From a virus (Duplodnaviria > Caudoviricetes): a stretch of DNA of 55,907 nt. The first letter of the stretch is position 1; the number at the start of each line of letters is the position of its first letter. The notes under the pieces were generated by a model. It did no database searches. It was not told where the DNA came from and saw only the letters and a program-made list of their open reading frames with translations. Of the stretch, positions 9,306 to 19,003 are shown piece by piece. Location of the stretch: positions 1 through 55,907 of the IMG/VR virus record IMGVR_UViG_3300027976_000049. One strand, given 5' to 3'. Made by a program: the position numbers and the translations under genes.

Positions 9306-9683
9306 TTAATATAGTAAACCTGCTCCGTCCAATACTGAGTAATTACCATTTTGATATTGTATTGTTACTATATTTTCACCATTATAGAAGAATGTATAAT
9401 CGATGTTGTGTCCGTTAGTATCTACACATTTATAATTAATCCACGTCATATTAAGAGCATCGATACCCACTTCAAGTATTTTATAATGTAGCGTGGTAGT
9501 TGTATCATTATGTGATGATATTACGGTTAATATAGACTCATCGTCGTTGGAAATATACGATGTCTCCATATTTTTTCGAGTCTCGTTTAAATACTCGTTG
9601 TTACTATCATATGTAGTCATGGTGATTTGACTCATACATAATGTAGATAATATTAGCATTAATGCTGTGCACAATCCTTTCAT
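9306..9683 (-). CDS. Exported protein with signal peptide
   Basis: Signal peptide ending CMS|Q, 125 aa. Confidence 0.8.
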   Translation of the reverse strand: MKGLCTALMLILSTLCMSQITMTTYDSNNEYLNETRKNMETSYISNDDESILTVISSHNDTTTTLHYKILEVGIDALNMTWINYKCVDTNGHNIDYTFFYNGENIVTIQYQNGNYSVLDGAGLLY

Positions 9684-9694
9684 AATGTTTAATT

Positions 9695-9838
9695 TTAATT
9701 ATTTCTAATATATTTTCCTAGATCACTGTCATTAGGAAATTTACTTTTTAGTTTATCGAAGTAAATATTGAATTCACTATCAATGACGGTTTGTTTACTA
9801 TGTCCAATACTGATTAAATATTCTAATAATGCTTTCAT
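9695..9838 (-). CDS. Small hypothetical protein (47 aa); not in ORF track
   Basis: MKALLEYLISIGHSK...KFPNDSDLGKYIRNN fills the intergenic gap. Confidence 0.55.
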   Translation of the reverse strand: MKALLEYLISIGHSKQTVIDSEFNIYFDKLKSKFPNDSDLGKYIRNN

Positions 9839-9851
9839 AATTTTATTGTTC

Positions 9852-10178
9852 TTATATAAATTCTACTTCTTTTCCGCTATATATTAATCCTTTATTCCAC
9901 ATACCATTCTTTATACTCCCATCAATTAATGCTTTACCATCTTTAACTTCAAGTACTCTACCTTGTGGTGTTGAATCTAAGAAACTGTCACGGTTACCTG
10001 GAACATAAACTTTATATTCAGCTGGATAATCTAGCCACCAATCACAGAAGTAACGCCTTTCATTTGAATACTCTTCTCTATAATTAGTAGCATCTCCACA
10101 GTGAATTAATAAGTCTACTTTAGTTTGCAGTTCATCCAAATGGAATTGGTGAGTGTCACTTAGTATTTTTAGTTTCAT
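9852..10178 (-). pseudogene. Truncated metallophosphoesterase fused to a fragment of a 276..842-like gene
   Basis: SDTH, LIHCGD and PGNRD motifs, then a switch to PQGRVLEVKDGKALIDGSIKNGMW. C-terminal His motifs are missing. Confidence 0.75.
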
Positions 10179-10190
10179 CTTCGCTTATTT

Positions 10191-10220
10191 AAACTTATTG
10201 TTATATCTCTTTGTATAATA
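10191..10220 (+). promoter_or_regulatory. AAACT-N17-GTATAATA promoter-like motif, opposite to flanking genes
   Basis: Same bipartite motif as upstream of several minus-strand genes. Confidence 0.4.
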
Positions 10221-10329
10221 CTATAAAATCTTGTTTTGTTTGGGCGTTATAAGTAATACTACATCATACGTTCCAATTAACATTTTGTTTCAAAAATTTT
10301 TTAAAAATTTACAAATTTCCTCGCACAAA

Positions 10330-10632
10330 TTACTGATTAAAAATATCTGCTCGTTTTAATTTAAAATATTTAACGCCATCCATTTTTTTTGTTGATGAAA
10401 CTATTTTATGAGAATAACACAAATTCCAATCACCATAAGAATGATTTTTAAAATCTCTGCCATACCCACCAAAAACATTTTCGTTTGATACTTGTAAATG
10501 AGTATCATCTGTTAATCCAATGCACTTGAAAATAAAAGCGTGATTTGTATTGTCGGAACAATAAAACCAATCACCAATATTTATTTTATCATTATTTGTT
10601 ATATAGTACTCGTTTTCAAGTTCAACCAACAT
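10330..10632 (-). CDS. Hypothetical phage protein related to 844..1290
   Basis: YYITNNDKINIGDWFY...HKIVSST. Confidence 0.75.
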   Translation of the reverse strand: MLVELENEYYITNNDKINIGDWFYCSDNTNHAFIFKCIGLTDDTHLQVSNENVFGGYGRDFKNHSYGDWNLCYSHKIVSSTKKMDGVKYFKLKRADIFNQ

Positions 10633-10642
10633 TTCTATTAAT

Positions 10643-11035
10643 TTAATTTTTCTGATCTACAATACTTTTTCGGTTTCTGTAAGTCGCATATTTTGCCACC
10701 CCTTCGTACATATTTCCAACCACTTTATTTAAGTTACCTAAAGATTCATTTAATGATACGATTCTGCCTTTTTGGTCAATATAACTACACCACCAAGCCG
10801 CTTTATCTTCGTTCCAGTAAACCTCCTGCAAGTCTTTTGTATCGCAATTCTCAATAATATCACCCTCAAAAACTTCTGTGCCATTTATTTCAGCATCATT
10901 TGATCCTGTATATTGCATTATAATTGCATCATCTCTTAATATCCCAAAGAAACGGCTAATTCCATAATTTGTACTAATCGGCATTGTTAACATTTTGCCG
11001 TCATCAAACGCTCTAAAATTTAATTCTCTTTTCAT
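10643..11035 (-). CDS. YopX family protein
   Basis: RELNFRAFD, MQYTG, EVFEGDI and VVGNMYE motifs. Confidence 0.9.
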   Translation of the reverse strand: MKRELNFRAFDDGKMLTMPISTNYGISRFFGILRDDAIIMQYTGSNDAEINGTEVFEGDIIENCDTKDLQEVYWNEDKAAWWCSYIDQKGRIVSLNESLGNLNKVVGNMYEGVAKYATYRNRKSIVDQKN

Positions 11036-11037
11036 TT

Positions 11038-11562
11038 TTATTTAGTGTATTTATAATATTGCTTTTTTATCTTGTCTCTTAGAATAGCAGCATATTCATA
11101 ATTCTCATCATCTAATGCATCTTCTAATAAATCTTCTAGGCTTGTATGTTTATCTTTTATAACATGTCCTAAAAATTGTTGTTTAAAAACTAATCTAAAT
11201 TCAATCAACTCTCTACACATTTCTCTCCAATCTACAGACATATGTCTAAGTATAGGTGTAGCCGGTTCACCATTTTGTATAATATTATTAATAACATACG
11301 GATCGTCATCTAAGTGGAACAAGAAAAAATCTATTGGTAAAAAATCTACTTTATTTTGTCTGCTCGTAAATATAATATTAGAATACGGAATCCCTAGTCT
11401 TTCTGTTACTTTAAGAAGATCTATATTACTTCCTTCATTATATCTTGAAGTAGTAACCCAGACATCTATACCATTTGTTAATAGTTCTTTTGCGAATTCT
11501 TCTACTGAGGGTATACTTAGTACACCATCAAAATCAAAACTTACGTTTATTTGTGTTTTCAT
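11038..11562 (-). CDS. HAD-like phosphatase with C-terminal UVR domain
   Basis: SFDFDGVL, VTTSR and HLDDD, then ALDDENYEYAAILRDKI. Confidence 0.8.
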   Translation of the reverse strand: MKTQINVSFDFDGVLSIPSVEEFAKELLTNGIDVWVTTSRYNEGSNIDLLKVTERLGIPYSNIIFTSRQNKVDFLPIDFFLFHLDDDPYVINNIIQNGEPATPILRHMSVDWREMCRELIEFRLVFKQQFLGHVIKDKHTSLEDLLEDALDDENYEYAAILRDKIKKQYYKYTK

Positions 11563-11672
11563 TTTTTTTTAGTTTTTAACTATATTTCAGATATTAGTAT
11601 TATGTTTTAAGAACTCACTTCCGGATACACTGAGCATAATCTTTATCAGGATAGAATCTAGTGGTACTAGTT

Positions 11673-11867
11673 TTATAGGTCTTCTAGCCTTTTAAAATGA
11701 TCGTATGTAATTGATACTTGTACAAAATCTATTCCATGTTCGATATGTCCAGGCTGATATGTATGCCACGTATCAATCTTCGTGTTGTTATCCCATTGAA
11801 ACTTATCAGATACAATATATGCTAGCGTATCAATGTCACGTATTTTAATCCAGATGTTTATCCTCAT
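11673..11867 (-). CDS. Hypothetical protein
   Basis: 64-aa ORF in array. Confidence 0.6.
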   Translation of the reverse strand: MRINIWIKIRDIDTLAYIVSDKFQWDNNTKIDTWHTYQPGHIEHGIDFVQVSITYDHFKRLEDL

Positions 11868-11878
11868 TACATATTAGT

Positions 11879-12250
11879 TTATAACGCTTCGGTTTTAGTT
11901 GATACTGTTATTGTGTAATGCAGTAGACCTGACATGGATGCAAAGCTACAATCTATTATATGCTGATTACTAGTTATAGTCTTTAAAAAAGCATTAATTT
12001 TACTTTCTAAAATCTCACTACTTTTACCTGTTATTACTGTGCATGAAATTGTAGGTTTCGTTGAAATAATAGGTGTTTCCATAATTAAATTTTCAGATTT
12101 TTGCAGGTTTAACGAATGTGGGTTAACTTTATTATTTGATACTGTTAAATCAATACCACTTTCATCACTTCCAATATTAGTAAGCGAATCCTCGTGTGTT
12201 CGCATCGCTTGTCCAATAAATCCGGGTATCATTTTATCTTTCCAACTCAT
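11879..12250 (-). CDS. Hypothetical protein
   Basis: 123-aa ORF downstream of an AAAC/GTATAAT motif. Confidence 0.7.
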   Translation of the reverse strand: MSWKDKMIPGFIGQAMRTHEDSLTNIGSDESGIDLTVSNNKVNPHSLNLQKSENLIMETPIISTKPTISCTVITGKSSEILESKINAFLKTITSNQHIIDCSFASMSGLLHYTITVSTKTEAL

Positions 12251-12267
12251 AATTTTAAATTTTAATT

Positions 12268-12296
12268 ATTATACAATGTATTAATATTCAAGTTTC
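12268..12296 (-). promoter_or_regulatory. GAAACT-N16-GTATAAT promoter-like motif
   Basis: GAAACTTGAATATTAATACATTGTATAAT lies just upstream of the start at 12250. Confidence 0.6.
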
Positions 12297-12299
12297 GCG

Positions 12300-12536
12300 C
12301 TAGCTATCGCTTTTTTGAGGGTTAGGATTACACATTATAATTTTAAATTCTCCTCTTTCTGAATCGGTTAAAGTAAATGATATACCCTTATAGTTAAGTC
12401 CATCTTGTTCGATAATCGCTACTTCTTTTCCTGATGTAGTTACTTCTCCGTCTACATTAAATGCTTCCTTAAGGAATGATTTAACTCCATTTAATTGATC
12501 GTCCATTGCATTCTTAATCTCAGTGTGGTGTTCCAT
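12300..12536 (-). CDS. Hypothetical protein
   Basis: 78-aa ORF in array. Confidence 0.65.
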   Translation of the reverse strand: MEHHTEIKNAMDDQLNGVKSFLKEAFNVDGEVTTSGKEVAIIEQDGLNYKGISFTLTDSERGEFKIIMCNPNPQKSDS

Positions 12537-12542
12537 AATTTT

Positions 12543-12899
12543 TTATTTTTTATAGTTAGCGTCATGTCCAGATCTATCGTACCTTTCAAAGATGCATGTG
12601 AATTTACATACACTGCGTGTTGACTTGTTAATTACTCGGTGAAAACTTCCGGCTTTAATTAAGAACGTATCTCCGGGTACTGCTGCATGTGAAATGTCAT
12701 CTATTATCATTATGCTATTTCCATCAGTGAAAGTATAAACTTCCTCTTGATCTACATGAGAATGTCCCCGTGTAGATTGTCCAGGTTTTAGTATAGTCTG
12801 TGACAATGTTAAGTTATTCAAGAAGTTGTTGTCAATCAACGTATACGTTTCATTATCCTTTATAATGTCTCCTGCAATATTATCCAATTTTACCTTCAT
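12543..12899 (-). CDS. Cupin domain protein
   Basis: GHSH...EEVY...FHRVIN. ATG at 12899 avoids overlap with the upstream gene. Confidence 0.88.
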   Translation of the reverse strand: MKVKLDNIAGDIIKDNETYTLIDNNFLNNLTLSQTILKPGQSTRGHSHVDQEEVYTFTDGNSIMIIDDISHAAVPGDTFLIKAGSFHRVINKSTRSVCKFTCIFERYDRSGHDANYKK

Positions 12900-12915
12900 T
12901 TCTATGTTTGTTATA

Positions 12916-13227
12916 TTAACTGTCAAATTCATCAATGTAATCAGAAGCACGTTGCCTAGGAATATAAGATGATTTCTCGTAATGTTTTAAATAAATTGCC
13001 TGTTGTCTAATTCCAAATTCGCGTGTTAATTTGTTGAAATTTGGATACTCGGATTTTCCAATGTCTATGCAATTATTAGCCATTTTATATGCGTTGAAAC
13101 TATTAGTTCTTCCTCTTATATTTCCATCTGAATCTGAGCTTTTTAATATTGCTTGAGATAATTGATCAAACGTCTCAGCTGAATTGACTACTTCATATAT
13201 TAATCCCATTGTATTTGTCATATTCAT
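12916..13227 (-). CDS. Hypothetical protein
   Basis: 103 aa, LTREFGIRQQA motif. Confidence 0.75.
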   Translation of the reverse strand: MNMTNTMGLIYEVVNSAETFDQLSQAILKSSDSDGNIRGRTNSFNAYKMANNCIDIGKSEYPNFNKLTREFGIRQQAIYLKHYEKSSYIPRQRASDYIDEFDS

Positions 13228-13272
13228 ATGTTTAGATAATTATTATACTAATTATATTTGTAAGATTACACA

Positions 13273-13283
13273 GATAAATAATA
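13273..13283 (+). promoter_or_regulatory. Late-type promoter motif GATAAATAATA
   Basis: Recurring motif similar to the T4 late promoter TATAAATA, immediately upstream of the ATG. Confidence 0.6.
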
Positions 13284-13286
13284 CAG

Positions 13287-13943
13287 ATGAAAGCACTTAG
13301 TTTTAATAATTGGAATATGATAACAGAGGCAGTGATAGAATGGAAATCACAGGTTGGCTTATCTGAATTCTATAACGATGCGATTGAATTAATTGAGTTG
13401 AAGAGCGATAGATCAAATATTGATTATTTATTAATTAGCGAGTTAAGGACTATCGGGGATAACAATGGAATAGACGTAGTTACATATGAAGAATTTTTAG
13501 ATGAATTACCAGATGAATTAATGCATACTGCTCCACCTAAGCGTGCTGGTTTATTTGCTATGGTTAATCCAAACACAAACATGCCAATTGTAGTGGTTGC
13601 AATTTCAAAAATGCATAAAAGAGAGATTGATTATATATATCATATGCTTAAGCATGAGGCTATTCACATAGAACAATTTAGTAGACGACCAGATAACGTC
13701 AAGCATGCTGAGCTAGATCCAACAAATCAATCTGAGTACTTCTCTAATAAGGACGAGGTTATGGCATTTTCGCACTCAATTGCGGATATGATTAGAACAT
13801 CGGGTATGTATTCAAGTGTTGAAGATGCAATGCATCATCTTATTGATATTAGATTATACAACACAATTAAGAAGAGTGTTAACGCTAAGATTCTTAAGAG
13901 GTACCATAAATATATATACATGTATTTACAAAATGAATTATAA
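13287..13943 (+). CDS. Putative zincin-type metallopeptidase-like virion protein
   Basis: LKHEAIHIEQ (HExxH) with downstream EVMAF. N-terminal tag SFNNWNMITE. Confidence 0.7.
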   Translation: MKALSFNNWNMITEAVIEWKSQVGLSEFYNDAIELIELKSDRSNIDYLLISELRTIGDNNGIDVVTYEEFLDELPDELMHTAPPKRAGLFAMVNPNTNMPIVVVAISKMHKREIDYIYHMLKHEAIHIEQFSRRPDNVKHAELDPTNQSEYFSNKDEVMAFSHSIADMIRTSGMYSSVEDAMHHLIDIRLYNTIKKSVNAKILKRYHKYIYMYLQNEL

Positions 13944-13990
13944 TATTTCAATTGAAATATTAAATAAATAACAAAAATGAACATTTAACT

Positions 13991-15610
13991 ATGGGGAATA
14001 TTTTAAATTACGACAAATGGTTAGCATTATTTGAGCAAGTTGAGTTACAACAAGTTACCTTTAAATCGTTAAAGGGATCGACTGTCGATAATAAGGTGAT
14101 ACATGATGCACAAATCATGGCACAAAACTCCGTTAGATATGGTAAACCAGGTAGCGTTGAAAAGCTATGGAAATATTTTCCGGAACTAGGATCAGCACTA
14201 ATAGCTAAGGCTAAAATAAAGAATCTTTATGATTATTATGATAAGGCGGGACAATATCAAGTTCATGACTCAACGTTAACAGGAGCAGGCACTAAATATC
14301 TATATAGTTTTGGAGGTAAAGTTATCCTACTTGATAGAACAGGTAAAGATGATAAACTTACATATAAAGATAAGGATACATTTATTGAGTCATATAATTC
14401 TAAGAATTTAGAATTATGGAAAGCTGGTAAAACCCCACAACAATTAGGATACATTGCAACTAATCAATGGAATAGTCACGGTATTCACATCGTAACTGGT
14501 GCTAGAGTATCAAATGATAAAAAGCCGACATATAGCGGAGCCACACCTCTGTTTACATATAAATTAAGAGGTAAAACATACGGAACATATGCATATTTTA
14601 AAGGTAGATCATTGAAGGAGTGGAACGGAGGAGACACGTTATATACAATGCTAGATGAGGTATATAAGTTTAATGATTTAAATGTGCACGGGTCTATAAA
14701 GCAGACTCACATTCCTTATATGGAAGTTATGTATCAGAGTAAAACAATGACAAATTTAAATAAGCTGCCTGGATTATATTTCGACGAAACTAAGCAGGAA
14801 ATAACTAAAAATGCATGGTTGACCGGAGATAATACAAGCGTAGAAACCGATATTAAAATTACTAAATATCCAGACAAGACTTGGAAAGAGCCCGGTGCAT
14901 TTAAAACAGGAGAATTTAAAGTTGCGGATTCTGGAACAGCACAAGCATTTATTAAGCGAGTAATTCAGGAAATTGAGGCATATAAGGAAGATAAAACTTC
15001 GGTAACTATTGGAGAGCTACAAATAGTATCGTCATCTAGTAATTTCTACGGAGGAACGGTTCCAGCTACACACAGTAATGATGGAAAGAAATTAGATAGC
15101 ACCGATAAAAAATCAGGAGATCCTTTTCCAAACACCGAATCTTATAAGGAACTAAGTGGGTCCGATGCAAATAATAAACTTGCATATTTAAGAGGTAAAG
15201 AATTTGCCGCATACTTAAATGACGAAGTATCTAAAATTGAAGGAGTTAAATTAAATGGAGACATTAAAGTATTCTGGAGAATTACAGATACTGGAGGAAA
15301 GGTTGATAGTAATAGAGACAAAACCTTGTATCCAGAGGACGGACAATATGTAAAGGTTAATATTAAAGCTGGAGGAGAATCTAGGGAAGTTATTACAACT
15401 GAAACAACAACAATTGGAGTTAAAGGGTATGTTACATTAACAAATCTTAATAGTATTGACTATAGTTATTACCGGGCACCTGGGGTACAAGCTCATCCTA
15501 ATGCTAAGTTCTCAGGAATGATTAATGCTATTTCAGCTTTATTAGGAATGAGTCACACTAAATCTACATCTACTCAATTTGCGAAGTCAAAGGGAGCAGG
15601 CAATCTTTAA
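13991..15610 (+). CDS. Putative virion protein with degenerate OmpA-like C-terminal domain
   Basis: FKTGEF...SSSS...NNKLAYLRGK resembles the OmpA C-terminal N..LS..RA motif. N-terminal tag NYDKWLALFE. Confidence 0.65.
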   Translation: MGNILNYDKWLALFEQVELQQVTFKSLKGSTVDNKVIHDAQIMAQNSVRYGKPGSVEKLWKYFPELGSALIAKAKIKNLYDYYDKAGQYQVHDSTLTGAGTKYLYSFGGKVILLDRTGKDDKLTYKDKDTFIESYNSKNLELWKAGKTPQQLGYIATNQWNSHGIHIVTGARVSNDKKPTYSGATPLFTYKLRGKTYGTYAYFKGRSLKEWNGGDTLYTMLDEVYKFNDLNVHGSIKQTHIPYMEVMYQSKTMTNLNKLPGLYFDETKQEITKNAWLTGDNTSVETDIKITKYPDKTWKEPGAFKTGEFKVADSGTAQAFIKRVIQEIEAYKEDKTSVTIGELQIVSSSSNFYGGTVPATHSNDGKKLDSTDKKSGDPFPNTESYKELSGSDANNKLAYLRGKEFAAYLNDEVSKIEGVKLNGDIKVFWRITDTGGKVDSNRDKTLYPEDGQYVKVNIKAGGESREVITTETTTIGVKGYVTLTNLNSIDYSYYRAPGVQAHPNAKFSGMINAISALLGMSHTKSTSTQFAKSKGAGNL

Positions 15611-15631
15611 TATTAAAATACATTAATTAAC

Positions 15632-16324
15632 TTACCGAGACCCAGTAGTGGTCTCGGTTTTTGTATATATAATATGACCACTATCATCTGTCTCGTATAA
15701 GCTACCATGTCCCATTTTAGTGATTGTGGAAAATACTATTATTCTACATGTGAATGATCCATCGCTATTCCTCTTAGTTGCATCAGGATTGAACGATGCA
15801 CTTACTGTTTGGTAATAAATATATTCCTTAGCTCTCATTGAATATTCAATTGGTGTATTATCTAACATCGCACTATTATGTGAAGCCGATCTTGTGAATC
15901 CGCCAATTACTATTTTCCAAAAATCAGGAGAGTTAATAAATACATTAATAGTATCATTAATATTAATAGTGTCGGCAAATACAAATGGAATAGATTGAGA
16001 TATTTCATATGCTCCTCTTTCTATAAACTTATTAACACCGGAATTTGATATTAATTTTGCATTATCTGTGCATTTTAACCATGAATTATTTGGATCGTTA
16101 GTATGACCAATTGAATTCCTAGTAGTATACCAATCTGATTTATGTTGGATTATAGCACTTCCTGTTGTATCTAGTACAACTTCATCAGTTAATCCGTTCG
16201 ATGCTCTATATTCCACCATTATTTTGTGAAATTCAGCCTGACCTTTGATATTCGCATTAATGATGTTATTTTGCGATAATACTAATGTTGTGGTAAGTGT
16301 TAATATAAGAGTTAAGAGTTTCAT
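15632..16324 (-). CDS. Exported CAP/SCP-like domain protein
   Basis: Signal peptide VLS|Q, then EYRASNGL, IGH and FTRSASHNSAML. Confidence 0.65.
   Translation of the reverse strand: MKLLTLILTLTTTLVLSQNNIINANIKGQAEFHKIMVEYRASNGLTDEVVLDTTGSAIIQHKSDWYTTRNSIGHTNDPNNSWLKCTDNAKLISNSGVNKFIERGAYEISQSIPFVFADTININDTINVFINSPDFWKIVIGGFTRSASHNSAMLDNTPIEYSMRAKEYIYYQTVSASFNPDATKRNSDGSFTCRIIVFSTITKMGHGSLYETDDSGHIIYTKTETTTGSR
15634..15662 (+). terminator. Intrinsic terminator embedded in the 3' end of the convergent gene
   Basis: ACCGAGACC-cagtagt-GGTCTCGGT followed by TTTT. Confidence 0.65.
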
Positions 16325-16430
16325 GGCGTGTGTTTTGGTTACATATCTATTATACTACAATAAATACTACTATTAATAAAATAGGTGTATTAGAATCAAC
16401 GGGAGTGACTGTTTATATTATTATAATAAT

Positions 16431-16443
16431 GATAAATAATAAA
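16431..16443 (+). promoter_or_regulatory. Late-type promoter motif GATAAATAATAAA
   Basis: Exact recurring motif upstream of 16457. Confidence 0.65.
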
Positions 16444-16456
16444 AAATCAACATCAA

Positions 16457-16732
16457 ATGGCTAAAATAAATCCATATTTTAAGTTGGTAAATGATATTCT
16501 TAAAGAAAACGGTAAGTATTCACAGGGCAGAATATATTTAATGTTGTCAGTATTTGCATATTACATTACGCTTGGTGTGTTAATGATAGCAGGAATTAAA
16601 AATAGTGATATTGATATTGACAATTTTAAATTAATAATAGATGCATTAGAATATGCGATGACCCTATTTGGAAGTTACGTATTCGGTGGTAAATTTATAA
16701 GTGGATATACAACGATTAAAGGAAAGATTTAA
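16457..16732 (+). CDS. Putative holin (2 TM)
   Basis: GKYSQGRI followed by two hydrophobic helices, 91 aa. Confidence 0.6.
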   Translation: MAKINPYFKLVNDILKENGKYSQGRIYLMLSVFAYYITLGVLMIAGIKNSDIDIDNFKLIIDALEYAMTLFGSYVFGGKFISGYTTIKGKI

Positions 16733-16889
16733 TTAATGTTAGTGTATGAAATCGGTTTTATTTTTATTAAAACTGTTTTATACATATTGTTATATGTAGG
16801 AGTGGTTAGTTTATTACTAAATTATTCGGAGAACTGAGATAAATTTTAGAAAGTGTATTTTTTTACTTAATATATAAAATATTGAAAAT

Positions 16890-17420
16890 ATGAAAGAATT
16901 AAGACATATTATGTTATTTGAAAATTTCCTAAAAGGAAATTATAGATATAAATTATTAGCTAACACAGAATGGGATTTAGAGTTCATACATAAATATATG
17001 GAAAGAGATAATATAAAATGTAAAACAGTTGAACTAAATGAAACATTACAAGAAGGTGAAACTTATGGAACATCTAATGAAAAACCGCCATCTTGGACAG
17101 TATCTGGAATAACAATAAAAATTGAGGATGTACAAAAGTATCTTGATGAAAATAATATACAAGTAGTTGAAATTCCAATAAAATATATATTTAGTCTATG
17201 TGCCCATATAGATAAAACTGATAAAAGAACATTAGATAGAAGCGAAAGGTCTGATTTAAAATTCCCAATAATAGTTTTAAAAAAGAATGGAAAATATCAT
17301 ATGATTCTTGATGGACATCATAGATTGTTAAAGGCTAAAAATAATAATATTGATAAAATAAAGACAAGAGTGTTTAATTTAGAAGATGCTCCTGATGAAT
17401 ATAAAAAAGTGTTATGCTAA
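16890..17420 (+). CDS. ParB/Srx-like domain protein
   Basis: DLKFPIIV...ILDGHHRLLKA. N-terminal tag RHIMLFENF. Confidence 0.8.
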   Translation: MKELRHIMLFENFLKGNYRYKLLANTEWDLEFIHKYMERDNIKCKTVELNETLQEGETYGTSNEKPPSWTVSGITIKIEDVQKYLDENNIQVVEIPIKYIFSLCAHIDKTDKRTLDRSERSDLKFPIIVLKKNGKYHMILDGHHRLLKAKNNNIDKIKTRVFNLEDAPDEYKKVLC

Positions 17421-17467
17421 AAATTATTAAAATGTGTGGTACGAATGTAATACTTACACATAATATA

Positions 17468-17869
17468 CTAGTATATTAACCTATCTGTTCTTGGATATAT
17501 AAAACCTACAGTAGATTTAATATTATCAATTGCATAGTAGAACCCTCTAATTGTAGTTATATTGTCACTGTAACTCATGATTGAAATATCTAATTTAATT
17601 GCACCAAATTTTGATATAATATTACGAATTGATTTGCAATCATCTATATGGTTACGAATTGAATTAGCTTGATTATCATCAATATTAAATTCAATATATT
17701 CCCATTGCATTCCGCCACCCTGTTTCATATTAACAGTATCGGTCATATGATCAGGTGATATTTCAGTGAATTTTTCTCCGTTAAGATCTAAATCATGATC
17801 TCTAAATCCCTGTGATAGTACATAATTTGATATTAAAATTAATGTTAGAATACTTATTAGATTTTTCAT
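17468..17869 (-). CDS. Exported protein with signal peptide
   Basis: MKNLISILTLILISNYVLS|Q, with a TAGTATAAT motif upstream. Confidence 0.75.
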   Translation of the reverse strand: MKNLISILTLILISNYVLSQGFRDHDLDLNGEKFTEISPDHMTDTVNMKQGGGMQWEYIEFNIDDNQANSIRNHIDDCKSIRNIISKFGAIKLDISIMSYSDNITTIRGFYYAIDNIKSTVGFIYPRTDRLIY

Positions 17870-17947
17870 ATTAAAGTTTTTAATTGATTATAATATTATT
17901 ATACTAAACTATTATGATATTTTTCGTATATTGTAATAACTTAAATA

Positions 17948-19003
17948 TTAATAATGTCCTTGCTTATCTGTGGACTTCTCTACTGAAACGTTATTTGGTA
18001 TAGATGGAATAGGAATAGCAGGCATAGCAGGTCCCATGATCATCTTAACGTTTTTACGGCACATTGCTGTATATTCTGCTGTCTTAGTTAATTCGCTAGT
18101 TCTCCATGTTTCAATATATGTAAGTGTGGTTTTAAATAACTCCATACCTATGCCCGCCTCGTCTGCTTCTAATTTTATATACGATTTGTATCTATCAGCA
18201 ACTGTGTCTATGTGAGACTTCAAATTCATTGTAGTATAATCCTTTATAGCTGTTGTTACTTCTACAAACGTGAAGTCGGTAATAGGCACCGTCCGTTTAT
18301 GCTTTGTGACAAATTCATCTCCGTTTATTTTACTAACTTTTAGTATTTGTCCCCGCTTAGTGTTATCGTTTATTGAAGGTACTGCAAAATGGTTCAATAT
18401 ATCACCCGCGGGTGTATCATTAAAATATTCTAATTGTCCTGACTTATTGTCTTCATGTTGTTTTATTACTTTCGCTGAAAGCATTGTATACCCACAACTG
18501 GTTGCGAAACTAACCATTGAACCTTTTAAACTAGAACGAGTATTTGTGTAGAAACTGTCGAGATTGTTCTTATTAAGAACTAAGATTATTTCAGAATTAA
18601 TTGACATTTTATGTTCTTCGCTTTTTGCAATTGCTCGGCCTAATGCAAATATACCATTACCGGTTGCTTCTATTTGACGTTTATTAAGTTCCTCTTTAGT
18701 TATAACCATATGTGCAACCGTATCTTCTGATTCTTCTATTTGTTTATCTCCAATTTTAAGGTAATTGTTGCCATTTTGTTTTTTAGTACCCATATAATAA
18801 GTATCGCTATCTGCATCCTTAAACAGTGCAGAGTCTTTAGTTATGGCTCCATTAACCTTTAATTGTGTGAACTTAATAAATTTATTAGTTGCATCAATAG
18901 TAGTCGTCGGGTTCTTAGATGCACCTGTTAATAGCGCTGAGATATCACCTTGTTCAACTTGCTCGTTAATTCTATTCCAATCATTAAAATTTAATACATT
19001 TAT
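17948..19003 (-). CDS. Putative virion protein, likely starting at ATA 19003
   Basis: The frame is open for 70 codons upstream of ATG 18793, reading INVLNFNDWNRINEQVEQ... directly after TAAATA motifs. Confidence 0.7.
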   Translation of the reverse strand: MNVLNFNDWNRINEQVEQGDISALLTGASKNPTTTIDATNKFIKFTQLKVNGAITKDSALFKDADSDTYYMGTKKQNGNNYLKIGDKQIEESEDTVAHMVITKEELNKRQIEATGNGIFALGRAIAKSEEHKMSINSEIILVLNKNNLDSFYTNTRSSLKGSMVSFATSCGYTMLSAKVIKQHEDNKSGQLEYFNDTPAGDILNHFAVPSINDNTKRGQILKVSKINGDEFVTKHKRTVPITDFTFVEVTTAIKDYTTMNLKSHIDTVADRYKSYIKLEADEAGIGMELFKTTLTYIETWRTSELTKTAEYTAMCRKNVKMIMGPAMPAIPIPSIPNNVSVEKSTDKQGHY

